DNA of 64,000 nucleotides from Candidatus Caccoplasma sp. (GCA_045613905.1 JAZLBW010000034.1:20715-84714), one strand, 5' to 3'; numbered from the stretch's first letter, positions 50,953-61,392 are shown. Notes: generated by a model from the letters alone, not told the origin. Translations and numbers: made by a program.

Positions 50953-51265
50953 AAGCCACAAGGTTGTCTAAGAGAACCTTGTGGCTATTCTAAAAATTAA
51001 TAAATCTGCGATTAAGTGCATTTTAAGGTAATTACAGAGTAATTAAAATTGACTAAATGTCAATTTGTGCCTTAAAATGGGGCATACAAGGTATTTGCGA
51101 GGCAAATAGGATTAACTGAATGTTAATCCGACCGCAGTATGGGGAGCATATTCCCATATGCGACGGAGGGAATCAGTGCTCTGTGCGACGGGGTCGAGCA
51201 AAACAAGTTTACTTGAATTTTGCCGAGCGTAAGCAGGTTCGAGGAACGAATGTTCCTCAACTAAC
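50953..51265 (+). repeat. Composite array of hairpin modules (longest copy of the dispersed element)
   Basis: Hairpin 50953-50986 resembles 63658-63693; three-way unit 51018-51080 resembles 63891-63953; 51196-51226 identical to 47915-47945; GAAT hairpin at 51234-51265. Confidence 0.75.
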
Positions 51266-51267
51266 AA

Positions 51268-51936
51268 CTATGCTCCCGCAACAACCACAACAAATTCACC
51301 TTTAGGCTCGTGAGTTGAGAAGTGAGCAAGAACCTCTTCAACAGAGCCTCTTACAATCTCTTCGTGTAGTTTTGAAATCTCTCGGCATACGGCGCACTCT
51401 CTTTCGTTGCCAAAAAATTCTGCAATTTGTGTAAGTAGTTTTACTATGCGATAGGGCGATTCGTAGAAGATGATTGTACGTTCTTCGGTTGATAGTTCTG
51501 TCAATCTCGAAACGCGACCTTTTTTCTGAGGAAGAAATCCTTCAAAACAGAATCTGTCGCAAGGTAGTCCCGAAGCCACAATGGCAGGAACAAAAGCGGT
51601 TGCTCCGGGTAAACATTCAACCTCAACACCCACTTTAGCGCACTGGCGCGATAGAAGAAATCCAGGGTCTGAAATACCGGGAGTACCTGCATCTGAAATC
51701 AAAGCAATATTCTCTCCGCCCTTTATGCGTTGAGCAATGCTCTCTATAGTTTTATGTTCGTTGAATTTATGGTGAGGTTGTAGTTTCGCTTTAATATCGT
51801 AGTGCTTTAAAAGAATACCACTTGTGCGAGTATCTTCTGCCAAAATGCAATCAGCCTCTTTAAGTACCCTTAAAGCTCTCAGGGTAATATCTTCAAGATT
51901 TCCGACTGGAGTAGGTACAATATATAGTTTAGCCAT
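51268..51936 (-). CDS. rsmI: 16S rRNA (cytidine1402-2'-O)-methyltransferase
   Basis: LYIVPTPVGNLEDITLRA, AEDTR, SDAGTPGISDPG, FYESPYR, REISKLHEE. Confidence 0.96.
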   Translation of the reverse strand: MAKLYIVPTPVGNLEDITLRALRVLKEADCILAEDTRTSGILLKHYDIKAKLQPHHKFNEHKTIESIAQRIKGGENIALISDAGTPGISDPGFLLSRQCAKVGVEVECLPGATAFVPAIVASGLPCDRFCFEGFLPQKKGRVSRLTELSTEERTIIFYESPYRIVKLLTQIAEFFGNERECAVCREISKLHEEIVRGSVEEVLAHFSTHEPKGEFVVVVAGA

Positions 51937-51937
51937 C

Positions 51938-52738
51938 TTACTCAAAGCACTGTTTTACTCTTTCAACAAACTCAATAACCATCTCCTCGCTCTCTACGTC
52001 GCTTCCGAAGTATTCGTTTATGAGTTCCATGGCATCTTCTAACGATTCTGCTTCGTCAATGCCGTCGAACATATCGGTCATATCAACGTCGCTATTGCCA
52101 AACAATTCTCTTTTATAAAGGAATATGTCATTAATACTCAATACCGAACGTATTTTCTTATGGCTGCATTTTTTGAAGCTCTCTTTTGGAGAAAAAAACT
52201 CTATTTCGTTATCTTCTTCCTCCTCTTCGCACTCCTCGTTTTCATCTTCCTCGACGATATCCTCTTCTTGCTCTATAATAATATCATCTTCTGCTTGAAC
52301 AGAAAATTCATCAACAGAAGCACCCTCGTCAACCGATTCAAATTCTGATGTTAAAACAATCTCCTCTTCGGCAGTAGTAATATCTTCGAAAGAGATAGGT
52401 GTAGCCTCAATGTCTTCTTCTTCCTCTTCAATTACAGATTCGCTCTCATCTGTAGTCTCTAACTGAGGTTCTTCGTCTTCAACTTCATCATTAAATACAA
52501 CTACGGTTGGCTCATCCTTTACGGTTGGTTCATCAATTTTCTCCTCTTTGGGAGTATCCTCTATTTTGTATTCAACAATCTCCTCGTCCGACGCGAGAGC
52601 AGAATATATCTCAGAGCACTTTTCAACAGCAAGTTCTTTAAGAATCTGCGGAGTGTTATTTCCGCTATCCTTTATGACAATCAACAAATCAGACAATTGT
52701 CTTAATTTATCAAGAATCTCTTTTGAAACAGTGCTCAT
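51938..52738 (-). CDS. Hypothetical acidic protein, usual neighbour of rsmI
   Basis: Glu-rich linker; C-terminal SINDIFLYKRELFG motif. Confidence 0.7.
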   Translation of the reverse strand: MSTVSKEILDKLRQLSDLLIVIKDSGNNTPQILKELAVEKCSEIYSALASDEEIVEYKIEDTPKEEKIDEPTVKDEPTVVVFNDEVEDEEPQLETTDESESVIEEEEEDIEATPISFEDITTAEEEIVLTSEFESVDEGASVDEFSVQAEDDIIIEQEEDIVEEDENEECEEEEEDNEIEFFSPKESFKKCSHKKIRSVLSINDIFLYKRELFGNSDVDMTDMFDGIDEAESLEDAMELINEYFGSDVESEEMVIEFVERVKQCFE

Positions 52739-52759
52739 GATATAGTCTTATTTTGGGTA

Positions 52760-53926
52760 TTAATATTCGAATGTTCCGAACTCAGATTTTATGATAAGCT
52801 CTTTTTTCTCTGATGCTTCAACTCGTCCAACAATTTGAGCATCAATTCCAAAGCTCTTGCTTATTGCAATAACCTCCTCTGCATGTTCGGGGCTTAGATA
52901 AATCTCCATGCGGTGTCCCATGTTGAACACTTTGTACATCTCTTTCCAATCAGTACCCGATTGCTCTTGAATAGTTTTGAACAAAGGAGGAACAGGGAAT
53001 AGGTTATCTTTAACCACTCTAACGTTGTCAACAAAGTGAAGAACTTTTGTTTGAGCGCCACCCGAGCAGTGAACCATTCCGTGAATATTTGGACGCATTA
53101 CGTCTAAAATCTTCTTAATTACAGGTGCGTATGTACGAGTTGGAGAAAGAACCATTTTACCTGCATCAATGTCCAATCCCTCTATTGCATCGGTAAGTTT
53201 CAACCCACCTGAATATACCAAATCATCGGGAACTGCGGCATCGTAGCTCTCAGGATATTTCTCTGCAAGATATTTTGAGAATACGTCATGGCGAGCAGAA
53301 GTCAAACCGTTGCTACCCATACCGCCGTTGTACTCTTTCTCGTATGTTGCTTGTCCGTAAGAAGACAAACCAACAATCACATCACCGGGTTGAATATTGT
53401 GGTTAGAGATAACATCGCTTCTCTTCATGCGACAAGTTACAGTGCTATCCACAATAATGGTTCTAACCAGGTCGCCAACATCGGCAGTTTCGCCACCTGT
53501 TGCATATGCGTTAACTCCAAGCTCACGAAGTTCAGCGAGAAGTTCGTCAGTTCCGTTTATAATTGCCGATATAACCTCTCCGGGGATAAGCAATTTGTTT
53601 CTTCCGATAGTTGATGATACCAAAATATTGTCGGTAGCACCAACGCAAAGAAGATCGTCGATGTTCATAATCAAAGCATCTTGAGCAATGCCTTTCCAAA
53701 CCGAAATGTCGCCTGTCTCTTTCCAGTACATATAAGCCAATGACGATTTTGTTCCTGCACCATCTGCGTGCATGATGTTACAATACTCCTCGTCACCGCC
53801 CAAAATATCGGGAATGATTTTACAGAATGCTTTTGGGAAAATACCTTTGTCTATGTTTTTAATTGCGTTGTGTACATCCTCTTTCGATGCCGAAACTCCA
53901 CGAAGGTTATATCTTTGATCGCTCAT
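52760..53926 (-). CDS. purM: Phosphoribosylformylglycinamidine cyclo-ligase (AIR synthase), Bacteroidetes type
   Basis: RGVSASKEDVH, HADGAGTKS, GGETADVGD, GSNGLTSARH, VFNMGHRME. Confidence 0.92.
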   Translation of the reverse strand: MSDQRYNLRGVSASKEDVHNAIKNIDKGIFPKAFCKIIPDILGGDEEYCNIMHADGAGTKSSLAYMYWKETGDISVWKGIAQDALIMNIDDLLCVGATDNILVSSTIGRNKLLIPGEVISAIINGTDELLAELRELGVNAYATGGETADVGDLVRTIIVDSTVTCRMKRSDVISNHNIQPGDVIVGLSSYGQATYEKEYNGGMGSNGLTSARHDVFSKYLAEKYPESYDAAVPDDLVYSGGLKLTDAIEGLDIDAGKMVLSPTRTYAPVIKKILDVMRPNIHGMVHCSGGAQTKVLHFVDNVRVVKDNLFPVPPLFKTIQEQSGTDWKEMYKVFNMGHRMEIYLSPEHAEEVIAISKSFGIDAQIVGRVEASEKKELIIKSEFGTFEY

Positions 53927-53935
53927 AATAATTAA

Positions 53936-54547
53936 CTATTTTTCTGCCGAATATTTTTGAAGACGGCTAATATATTTACCAATAATATCAAACTCTAAGT
54001 TTACAACTGTTCCAACTTTAAAAGTGTGGAAGTTTGTATTTTCAAATGTGTAGGGGATAATTGCCACACTAAAGAAGTTATCGTTGCTGTTGCAAACAGT
54101 AAGGCTCACACCATTTACGGTAACCGAACCTTTCTCAACAGTCATGTAACCTTCTGCAGCCATCTTTTTGTCAAACACATACTCAAAAGTAAAGTAAGTG
54201 CTACCGTTGCACTCTTTAACTTCGGTACAAACAGCAGTAGTGTCAACGTGTCCTTGAACAATATGACCATCCAATCTGCCATTCATCATCATACTGCGTT
54301 CAACATTAACTTTGTCGCCAACGTTGAGCAAACCCAAGTTGCTTCTTTCCAAAGTCTCTTTAATGGCAGTAACAGTATATTCTTCACCTTTAATATCAAC
54401 AACAGTCAAACAAACACCATTGTGAGCAACGCTCTGATCAATTTTAAGCTCAGAGGTGAAGCTGCACTTCATTGTAATGTTCAAGTTTGTTCCGTCTGCC
54501 ACAAGAGCAGTAACTGTTGCAAATTCCTCTACAATACCTGAAAACAT
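53936..54547 (-). CDS. ribE: Riboflavin synthase (alpha chain)
   Basis: MFSGIVEE, NGVCLTV, RLDGHIVQGHVD, KGSVTVNGVSLTV, VNLEFD. Confidence 0.95.
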   Translation of the reverse strand: MFSGIVEEFATVTALVADGTNLNITMKCSFTSELKIDQSVAHNGVCLTVVDIKGEEYTVTAIKETLERSNLGLLNVGDKVNVERSMMMNGRLDGHIVQGHVDTTAVCTEVKECNGSTYFTFEYVFDKKMAAEGYMTVEKGSVTVNGVSLTVCNSNDNFFSVAIIPYTFENTNFHTFKVGTVVNLEFDIIGKYISRLQKYSAEK

Positions 54548-54635
54548 ATATTTAAATTATATCAATCTGTTCTTAATTTACGACTATATGCAAATATAGA
54601 CAAAAAGTTAAACATCTCACACTTATAACACTGTT

Positions 54636-56312
54636 TTATGCACAAAATATCAAAATCAGCAATTGAGCGGTCAATACGCGCATAAACATCGTCAACGGAT
54701 AAACGGTTGAGTATGCAACAGCAGGAGCATCGTTATTTGCAGTCTTATTTGCATATGCCAAAGCAGGAGGGTCGGTCATGCTTCCACTCATTAATCCCAT
54801 TAAAGAACAATAGTTTATTTTGAATTTTGCACGAGCAATAGTTCCGATAATAAGCAAAGGAAAGGTGGTTATAATGAATCCCCAAAGAACCCACCAAAGA
54901 CCATCGCCACTTACAATGGTATCAACAAAGCTACCACCTGCCGAGAAACCTACACTTGCAAGGAATAAGCAAATACCAATCTCACGCAGCATCAAGCTCG
55001 AACTTGTCGATGTATATGTAATAAGTTTAAGTTTATATCCGAATCTACCAATAAGAATAGCTGCAATCAACGGACCACCTGCCAAACCAAGTTTCATTGC
55101 GGTACTCATTCCTGGGAACTGGAAAGGAATGCTTCCCAAAATAATACCCAAAAGAATACCGACGAATATAGTAATCATATTAGGCTCGTTCAAACGCTTC
55201 ATAGAGTTACCCATTCTATCGGCAAGACGTTTGATGTCTTCCAATTTACCAACCACTGTCATACGGTCACCCATTTGAAGTTTTAGGTTGGGAGCGGCAA
55301 CAAGGTCCATACCTGCGCGATTTACGCGAGTAGCATTAAGTTGAAAACCGGCATGTAGTTTTAGAGAACTAATTGTACGTCCATTATATTCAGGTTTTGT
55401 AACCAAAATTCTACGCGATACAACAGGAGCATCGATTGCGTCCCAGTCCATTTCAACCTTTTGACCAATGAATGCTTCAACAGCCGCTTCGTCAGTGGGT
55501 GAAAGAACCAATATCATATAGTCGCCTTTATTTATCACGGTAGTAGAACGAGGGATAATAACCTCTCCATCTTCACCTTTTTTGATTCTCGAAATAACAA
55601 AATCTCTACCCAAGAAGTCAATAATCTGTCTTAAAGTTTTTCCATCCAACATTTTGTTCTCCACTTGAAGACTCATGATGATAGGTTTAAGAACAGCCGC
55701 TTCGTTCTCTTCTTCAATAAGTTTGCTTTCGGCAGTAGCACTTATTTTGAAAATCTTTTTGATGATAATCATTGCCAAGATAATACCTACAACACCAAGA
55801 GGGTATGCAGCGGCATATCCTGCTGATGCACTTGGAATATCGGCTGCCTTACCCAATTGGTCAAGAGCCTGTTGAGCAGCACCCAATCCCGGAGTGTTAG
55901 TTACAGCACCCGAAAGCACACCAACCAAATCCTCCATTCTTGCATCAGTCGTATAGTATATTGTAATAACAGTTGCAATGTTTAAGAATATGATACCCAA
56001 TGCCAAAAGATTAAGTGTCATACCTCCTTTTTTAAACGATGAGAAAAATCCGGGTCCCACTTGCAAACCAATAGAATATACAAATAGAATAAGACCTAAC
56101 TCTTTAGCAAAATCCAACACCTGTTTGTTGATTGAAAAGTAATCGGTAAAGTGACCAACCAAAATACCCACAAACAAAACAAACGTAACACCAAGAGAAA
56201 TGCCAAAAATCTTTCTCTTTCCCAACCATACTCCTGCGGCAATAATGAACGAATACAAAATTACGGTATTAGCCAAACTTGGAGTAAAAATAAGATTACT
56301 AAGCCATTCCAT
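54636..56312 (-). CDS. AspT/YidE/YbjL-family transporter with two TrkA-C domains
   Basis: GLILFVYSIGLQVGPGFF, GAVTNTPGLGAA, GSMTDPPALA, YSTVYPL. Confidence 0.9.
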   Translation of the reverse strand: MEWLSNLIFTPSLANTVILYSFIIAAGVWLGKRKIFGISLGVTFVLFVGILVGHFTDYFSINKQVLDFAKELGLILFVYSIGLQVGPGFFSSFKKGGMTLNLLALGIIFLNIATVITIYYTTDARMEDLVGVLSGAVTNTPGLGAAQQALDQLGKAADIPSASAGYAAAYPLGVVGIILAMIIIKKIFKISATAESKLIEEENEAAVLKPIIMSLQVENKMLDGKTLRQIIDFLGRDFVISRIKKGEDGEVIIPRSTTVINKGDYMILVLSPTDEAAVEAFIGQKVEMDWDAIDAPVVSRRILVTKPEYNGRTISSLKLHAGFQLNATRVNRAGMDLVAAPNLKLQMGDRMTVVGKLEDIKRLADRMGNSMKRLNEPNMITIFVGILLGIILGSIPFQFPGMSTAMKLGLAGGPLIAAILIGRFGYKLKLITYTSTSSSLMLREIGICLFLASVGFSAGGSFVDTIVSGDGLWWVLWGFIITTFPLLIIGTIARAKFKINYCSLMGLMSGSMTDPPALAYANKTANNDAPAVAYSTVYPLTMFMRVLTAQLLILIFCA

Positions 56313-56450
56313 TTTCTTATAAATATAGTTTGATTATACTCTTTAAATAAAAGAATTTCAATTTTGCAAAATTAATTATAATTAATGATATGGTGGTAAT
56401 TTTATACAAAATATTTTATGTAATTTTGAAACATATAAAAATTATAATAG

Positions 56451-57644
56451 ATGAGAATTTCGTTACTCCTGTCAATGGCTCTATTGGCAATAAATATAGT
56501 GTCGGACATATACATAATAAGGCAGATGCCAAAGCGTTTTCTGACTTCGCTTTCTCGCACATTTATTTGGAGTGCAAACACTATAATCTACCTCATGTTC
56601 GTTGCCTTTGTATGGCTTGTCTATATAAAGGATGCTCATTTCATTAGCCGAAACATTGAGATGGCGGTTTTTCTCTTTATATTTATCTCTTTGCCCAAAA
56701 TCCTCTTTATTTTAATATCCTCAATAGACTATTTAATAAAGCTATTCACATCAAAAAGAAGATATATATTTACCACAATGGCAACCTTTGTTTCTGTATC
56801 TGTAGCCATTGTATTATTGTATGGAATGGCAGTAGGTCGTAAAAAGTTGGTATGTAACAATGTAGAAATAGTTTCAGAACAGCTCCCAAAAGAGTTTGAC
56901 GGTTTTAAGGTGGTTCAGATATCCGATTTGCATTTAAAAAGTTTTTATGGCGATACGGCGTTTGTCTCACAAATGGTAAAGACTATAAATTCGCTAAATC
57001 CCGATATTGTAGCTGTAACAGGCGATTTGGTATCGCTTTCGGCAGATGAAATTCTTCCATACAAAGAGCAACTCTCTCGATTAAGAGCAACGCATGGCGT
57101 ATATTCAGTATTGGGGAATCACGACTATGGCGATTATGTAAAATGGAACTCAGTGGCGGAGAAGCAGAGAAATATGCAAAAGCTCAAAACCTATCAAAAA
57201 GAGATGGGTTGGAGAATGCTCAACAACGAGTATGAAAATATAATCAAAGGAGAAGATTCCATAGCTGTCATAGGAGTGGAGAATTGGGGAAATCCACCAT
57301 TCCCTCGTTATGGAGACTTGAACAGCTCTTACGATATGCTAAAAGATGATAAATACAAAATCCTGCTCTCACATAATCCCGAACATTGGCAACAGGTGTT
57401 GGACGAAACAAACATAAACCTAACACTATCGGGTCACACTCACGCCATGCAACTGAAATTTACTTGTGGCGATAGCAGGTATTCATTGGCATCATTGCGA
57501 GGCGAGTGGTGGAGCGGATTATACAAGCGCGGAGAACAGTCGTTGTATGTAAACGATGGAATAGGATGCACACTCTTTACATTTCGCTTTGGAGCATATC
57601 CCGAAATAACATTAATAACACTAAAGCACAAAAACAATGAATAA
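56451..57644 (+). CDS. Membrane-anchored metallophosphoesterase (YkuE/YaeI-like)
   Basis: SDLH, TGDLV, GNHDY, LSHNP, LSGHTH; four N-terminal TM helices. Confidence 0.88.
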   Translation: MRISLLLSMALLAINIVSDIYIIRQMPKRFLTSLSRTFIWSANTIIYLMFVAFVWLVYIKDAHFISRNIEMAVFLFIFISLPKILFILISSIDYLIKLFTSKRRYIFTTMATFVSVSVAIVLLYGMAVGRKKLVCNNVEIVSEQLPKEFDGFKVVQISDLHLKSFYGDTAFVSQMVKTINSLNPDIVAVTGDLVSLSADEILPYKEQLSRLRATHGVYSVLGNHDYGDYVKWNSVAEKQRNMQKLKTYQKEMGWRMLNNEYENIIKGEDSIAVIGVENWGNPPFPRYGDLNSSYDMLKDDKYKILLSHNPEHWQQVLDETNINLTLSGHTHAMQLKFTCGDSRYSLASLRGEWWSGLYKRGEQSLYVNDGIGCTLFTFRFGAYPEITLITLKHKNNE

Positions 57645-58026
57645 GGCAATAGTAGGAATAGGTTCAAACACAGTCGATGCAAAAGCAAGGGTAGAGGAGT
57701 GTTGCAGAAATTTATCTAAAATTTCATCAGAAGCAAAATTTTCATCAATCTATGAAACAGAGGCGGTTGGCTCACTTCCTCAACCCAATTACCATAATTG
57801 CGTAGGAGTATTATACACATCGCAAACATTTGAAGAATTAAAACAAAAATTCAAAGAAATGGAGCGTAAAGCAGGACGCTTGCCCGAACATAAAGCAGAG
57901 GGAAAGGTAATAATAGATATTGATATAGTGGTGTGGAATAACGAAATTATAAAGCCCACAGACCTTGCACGTACCTATATGACAATAGGAATGGAAGAGT
58001 TGAATATCTCTGTTAATCAATTTTAG
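57637..58026 (+). CDS. folK: HPPK (FolK)-family protein, short divergent form
   Basis: VGIGSN, SSIYETEA, YHNCV, ERKAGR, IDIDIV. Confidence 0.75.
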   Translation: MNKAIVGIGSNTVDAKARVEECCRNLSKISSEAKFSSIYETEAVGSLPQPNYHNCVGVLYTSQTFEELKQKFKEMERKAGRLPEHKAEGKVIIDIDIVVWNNEIIKPTDLARTYMTIGMEELNISVNQF

Positions 58027-58071
58027 AATTATCTCTAAAAGTAGTAAATTTGCATATTCTAAAATAAAAAT

Positions 58072-59514
58072 ATGAGTAAGTTAATATCACTTATACATCC
58101 CATTCCTCGTATGTTTGAGTTTAGGTTTAAAACCCCAATAATGTGGGATATAAACCAAGGCGAGCAGTGGGCGGTTGTAGGAGCAAATGGATCAGGAAAG
58201 TCGCTTTTGGCAAATATGATACAGGGTCGCATTGCTCTGCGCGATTTAGACGGAGAGATAAAATATAATTTTACCGAGCCTCTATATGAAGCAATCCGAA
58301 CCATAGCTTTCAAAGATATATACAGCATGGTTGATGGCACAACAGCCTACTATCAACAACGCTGGCACTCGCAAGATGCCGAAGGAGTAATAACCGTAAA
58401 AGAGGTGCTACAACCCATAGCACCAATCGAAGAGATTGAGCAACTCTTTGAGATGTTATCTCTAACCGACATACTCGATAAGAGTGTAATATTCCTTTCG
58501 AGTGGTGAGTTGCGTAAATTCTTGCTTATAAAGGTAATACTTACCCATCCACGCTTATTGATAGTCGATAATCCATATATAGGATTAGATGCAGCCTCTC
58601 GAGAGAGCCTGAATGTAATGTTCTCGGCAATGGCGAAGATAAACGGAATGCAGTTGTTACTTTTGCTTGCAAGTCCTACCGATGTTCCCAAAATAGTAAC
58701 CCACGTTATGCCCGTAAAGGATATGGAGTGTTTAGGGGGTATGACACGAGAGGAGTTTATGTTAGACACCGAATTACACACACGCTTGTTTGGTAATATC
58801 GATGAAGAGCCTGTTCTTCCAGAAAAAGTACGAGACGCATCATCGCACCAAGTAACATTCCGAATGGAAGATGTAAATATAGAGTGTGGTAGTCGCACAA
58901 TACTAAAAAACATCGATTGGGAGGTAAAAAACGGAGAGAAGTGGGCATTGACAGGACCTAATGGCTCAGGAAAAAGCACTTTGTTGAGCCTTGTGTATGC
59001 CGACAATCCAAAATCATATTCAAATACATTATATCTCTTTGACCGCAAACGCGGAACAGGCGAAAGCATTTGGGATATAAAATCACGCATAGGATACGTA
59101 TCTCCCGAAATGCACCTCTACTTTATGGAAGATATTCCAACCCTACGCATCGTGGCATCAGGATTTTTCGACTCCATTGGCGTATTTCGCAAATGCACAC
59201 CCGAGCAAGAGGCAGTGGCAATGGAGTGGATAAAATGTTTTGGAATAGAAGATATTGCACATCGTTCGTTCTTGACACTATCATCGGGCGAGCAACGATT
59301 GGCACTATTGGCAAGAGCCTTTGTAAAAGATCCTGACCTAATAATATTAGATGAGCCATTGCATGGGTTAGATGTGCAAAACAAACAACGAGCATCAAAA
59401 ATAATAGAGAGTTTCTGCGACCGACAAGGCAAAACCCTTGTGTATGTAACGCACTATAAAGGCGAGATACCCCAAGCAGTAACAAAAGAGTTTAAACTGA
59501 TAAAACACCAATAA
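58072..59514 (+). CDS. ModF-like double ABC ATPase
   Basis: Walker A GANGSGKS and GPNGSGKS, LSSGE twice, RGTGESIWDIK. Confidence 0.88.
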   Translation: MSKLISLIHPIPRMFEFRFKTPIMWDINQGEQWAVVGANGSGKSLLANMIQGRIALRDLDGEIKYNFTEPLYEAIRTIAFKDIYSMVDGTTAYYQQRWHSQDAEGVITVKEVLQPIAPIEEIEQLFEMLSLTDILDKSVIFLSSGELRKFLLIKVILTHPRLLIVDNPYIGLDAASRESLNVMFSAMAKINGMQLLLLLASPTDVPKIVTHVMPVKDMECLGGMTREEFMLDTELHTRLFGNIDEEPVLPEKVRDASSHQVTFRMEDVNIECGSRTILKNIDWEVKNGEKWALTGPNGSGKSTLLSLVYADNPKSYSNTLYLFDRKRGTGESIWDIKSRIGYVSPEMHLYFMEDIPTLRIVASGFFDSIGVFRKCTPEQEAVAMEWIKCFGIEDIAHRSFLTLSSGEQRLALLARAFVKDPDLIILDEPLHGLDVQNKQRASKIIESFCDRQGKTLVYVTHYKGEIPQAVTKEFKLIKHQ

Positions 59515-59517
59515 TAA

Positions 59518-61389
59518 GTGATAAGTTATCTTCAAATAGAGAATCTGACCAAGTCGTTTGGAGCAAAAGTGCTATTCGAGAACATATCGTTCGGAGTAGC
59601 CGAGAACCAGCGCATAGCTATAGTGGCAAAAAACGGAACAGGAAAAACCACACTCCTTAATATAATAGCAGGAGATGAGGATTATGATTCGGGACGAATA
59701 ACCTTTCGTAGCGGATTGCGAGTAGGCTACCTATCGCAAACACCCGACTTCCCCAAAGAGTTGTCGGTATTGGATGCCTGCATGCGTTCCGATAACGAAA
59801 TGGCACGCACGGTGGCAGAATACGAGAAAGCAATGCTCAACCCCGAAACAGAAAATCTCGAAGAGGTGTTGGCAAAAATGGATATGCTCAAAGCCTGGGA
59901 TTATGAGTCGCGTGTAAAGCAGATTTTAGGGAAACTGAAAATTCACGATTTCGACCAAAAAATAGGAGAGTTATCGGGTGGACAACTGAAACGGGTAGCA
60001 TTGGCAAACGTATTGATTGGCGAGCCAGACCTTTTGATTTTAGATGAGCCAACCAACCACCTCGACCTTGAAATGGTAGAGTGGTTAGAGGAGTTCTTGA
60101 AGCGAGCAGCAGGAGCCTTGCTAATGGTAACGCACGACCGATACTTTTTGGATAGAGTCTGCACCGATATAATAGAGATAGACTCACTTGGGTTGTATCA
60201 CTATCAAGGTAATTACCAATACTATCTCGATAAACGAGATGAGCGTATGGCAGTGTTCGATGCCGAAACAACCCGAATGAAAAACCTCTATCGCACCGAG
60301 TTGGATTGGATGCGACGCCAGCCACAAGCACGAGCAACAAAAGCAAAATCACGAATCGACCGTTTCTATGAAATAGAACAACGTGCCAAGATGCGACGCG
60401 AGGAGCGTAACGTAAATCTTGCAGTAAAAGCAACCTATTTAGGCTCAAAAATATTTGAAGCAAAATATATCTCAAAATCGTTTGGCGACCTAAAAATCCT
60501 CGACCAATTCTACTACAACTTTGCCCGTTACGAGAAGATGGGAATAGTAGGAAAGAACGGAACAGGAAAATCAACCTTCCTGAAAATGCTTTTGGGAATG
60601 GTAAAACCCGACAGTGGCACATTTGATATAGGCGAAACCGTATCGTTCGGATATTATAGTCAGGATGGATTACAATTCGATGAGCAGAAAAAGGTAATAG
60701 ATGTAGTTCGTGACATAGCCGAAGAGATAGATTTGGGAGGAGGCAAAAAAATGTCGGCATCGCAATTCCTTCAACACTTCCTCTTTACCCCCGAAACACA
60801 ATATAATTATGTATATAAACTTAGCGGAGGAGAAAAACGCCGACTATATCTCTGTACCGTATTGATGCAAAACCCCAACTTCCTTGTGCTTGACGAGCCG
60901 ACAAACGACCTCGACATAGCTACAATGAACGTATTGGAAGATTACCTGTGTTCATTCAAGGGATGTGTAATAGTGGTATCGCACGACCGCTACTTTATGG
61001 ATAAAGTAGTAGATCACCTATTGGTCTTCAATGGCGATGCCAAGATAAAAGACTTCCCCGGTAACTATACCGATTATCGCGAGTGGCGTGAGTTGGAAGA
61101 GGAGGAACAACGTGAGCAAGCAAAACAACAAGAAAAAAAGTCAGCACCCAAACCCGCAGTAGAGGAGAAGGAGAAACCACGTAAACTATCATATAAAGAG
61201 AAAAAAGAGTTAGAGGCACTCGAAATAGAGATACCACAATTAGAGGAGGAGAAAGCCAACATAGAAACACAATTATCATCAGGCACCTTGTCGGGCGAAG
61301 AGATAACCACCCTCTCAAAACGCTACGAAGAGCTATCAAACCTCATCGACGAAAAAACAATGCGCTGGCTTGAGTTGGAGGAGATTTAG
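59518..61389 (+). CDS. ABC-F family ATPase (Uup-like)
   Basis: Two NBDs (LSGGQ, LDEPTNHLD; LSGGE, LDEPTNDLD), no TM, C-terminal RKLSYKE...RWLEL. Confidence 0.92.
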   Translation: MISYLQIENLTKSFGAKVLFENISFGVAENQRIAIVAKNGTGKTTLLNIIAGDEDYDSGRITFRSGLRVGYLSQTPDFPKELSVLDACMRSDNEMARTVAEYEKAMLNPETENLEEVLAKMDMLKAWDYESRVKQILGKLKIHDFDQKIGELSGGQLKRVALANVLIGEPDLLILDEPTNHLDLEMVEWLEEFLKRAAGALLMVTHDRYFLDRVCTDIIEIDSLGLYHYQGNYQYYLDKRDERMAVFDAETTRMKNLYRTELDWMRRQPQARATKAKSRIDRFYEIEQRAKMRREERNVNLAVKATYLGSKIFEAKYISKSFGDLKILDQFYYNFARYEKMGIVGKNGTGKSTFLKMLLGMVKPDSGTFDIGETVSFGYYSQDGLQFDEQKKVIDVVRDIAEEIDLGGGKKMSASQFLQHFLFTPETQYNYVYKLSGGEKRRLYLCTVLMQNPNFLVLDEPTNDLDIATMNVLEDYLCSFKGCVIVVSHDRYFMDKVVDHLLVFNGDAKIKDFPGNYTDYREWRELEEEEQREQAKQQEKKSAPKPAVEEKEKPRKLSYKEKKELEALEIEIPQLEEEKANIETQLSSGTLSGEEITTLSKRYEELSNLIDEKTMRWLELEEI

Positions 61390-61392
61390 TTA

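Noticed and set aside
51018-51080. Branched structure as a tRNA
   Set aside because: It has only two arms, no T-loop GTTC motif or D-loop GG, and is too short.
51120-51305. Small ORFs over repeat clusters (51120-51305, 48254-48448, 25071-25298)
   Set aside because: They are translations of palindromic repeats or antisense overlaps, with no coding signal.
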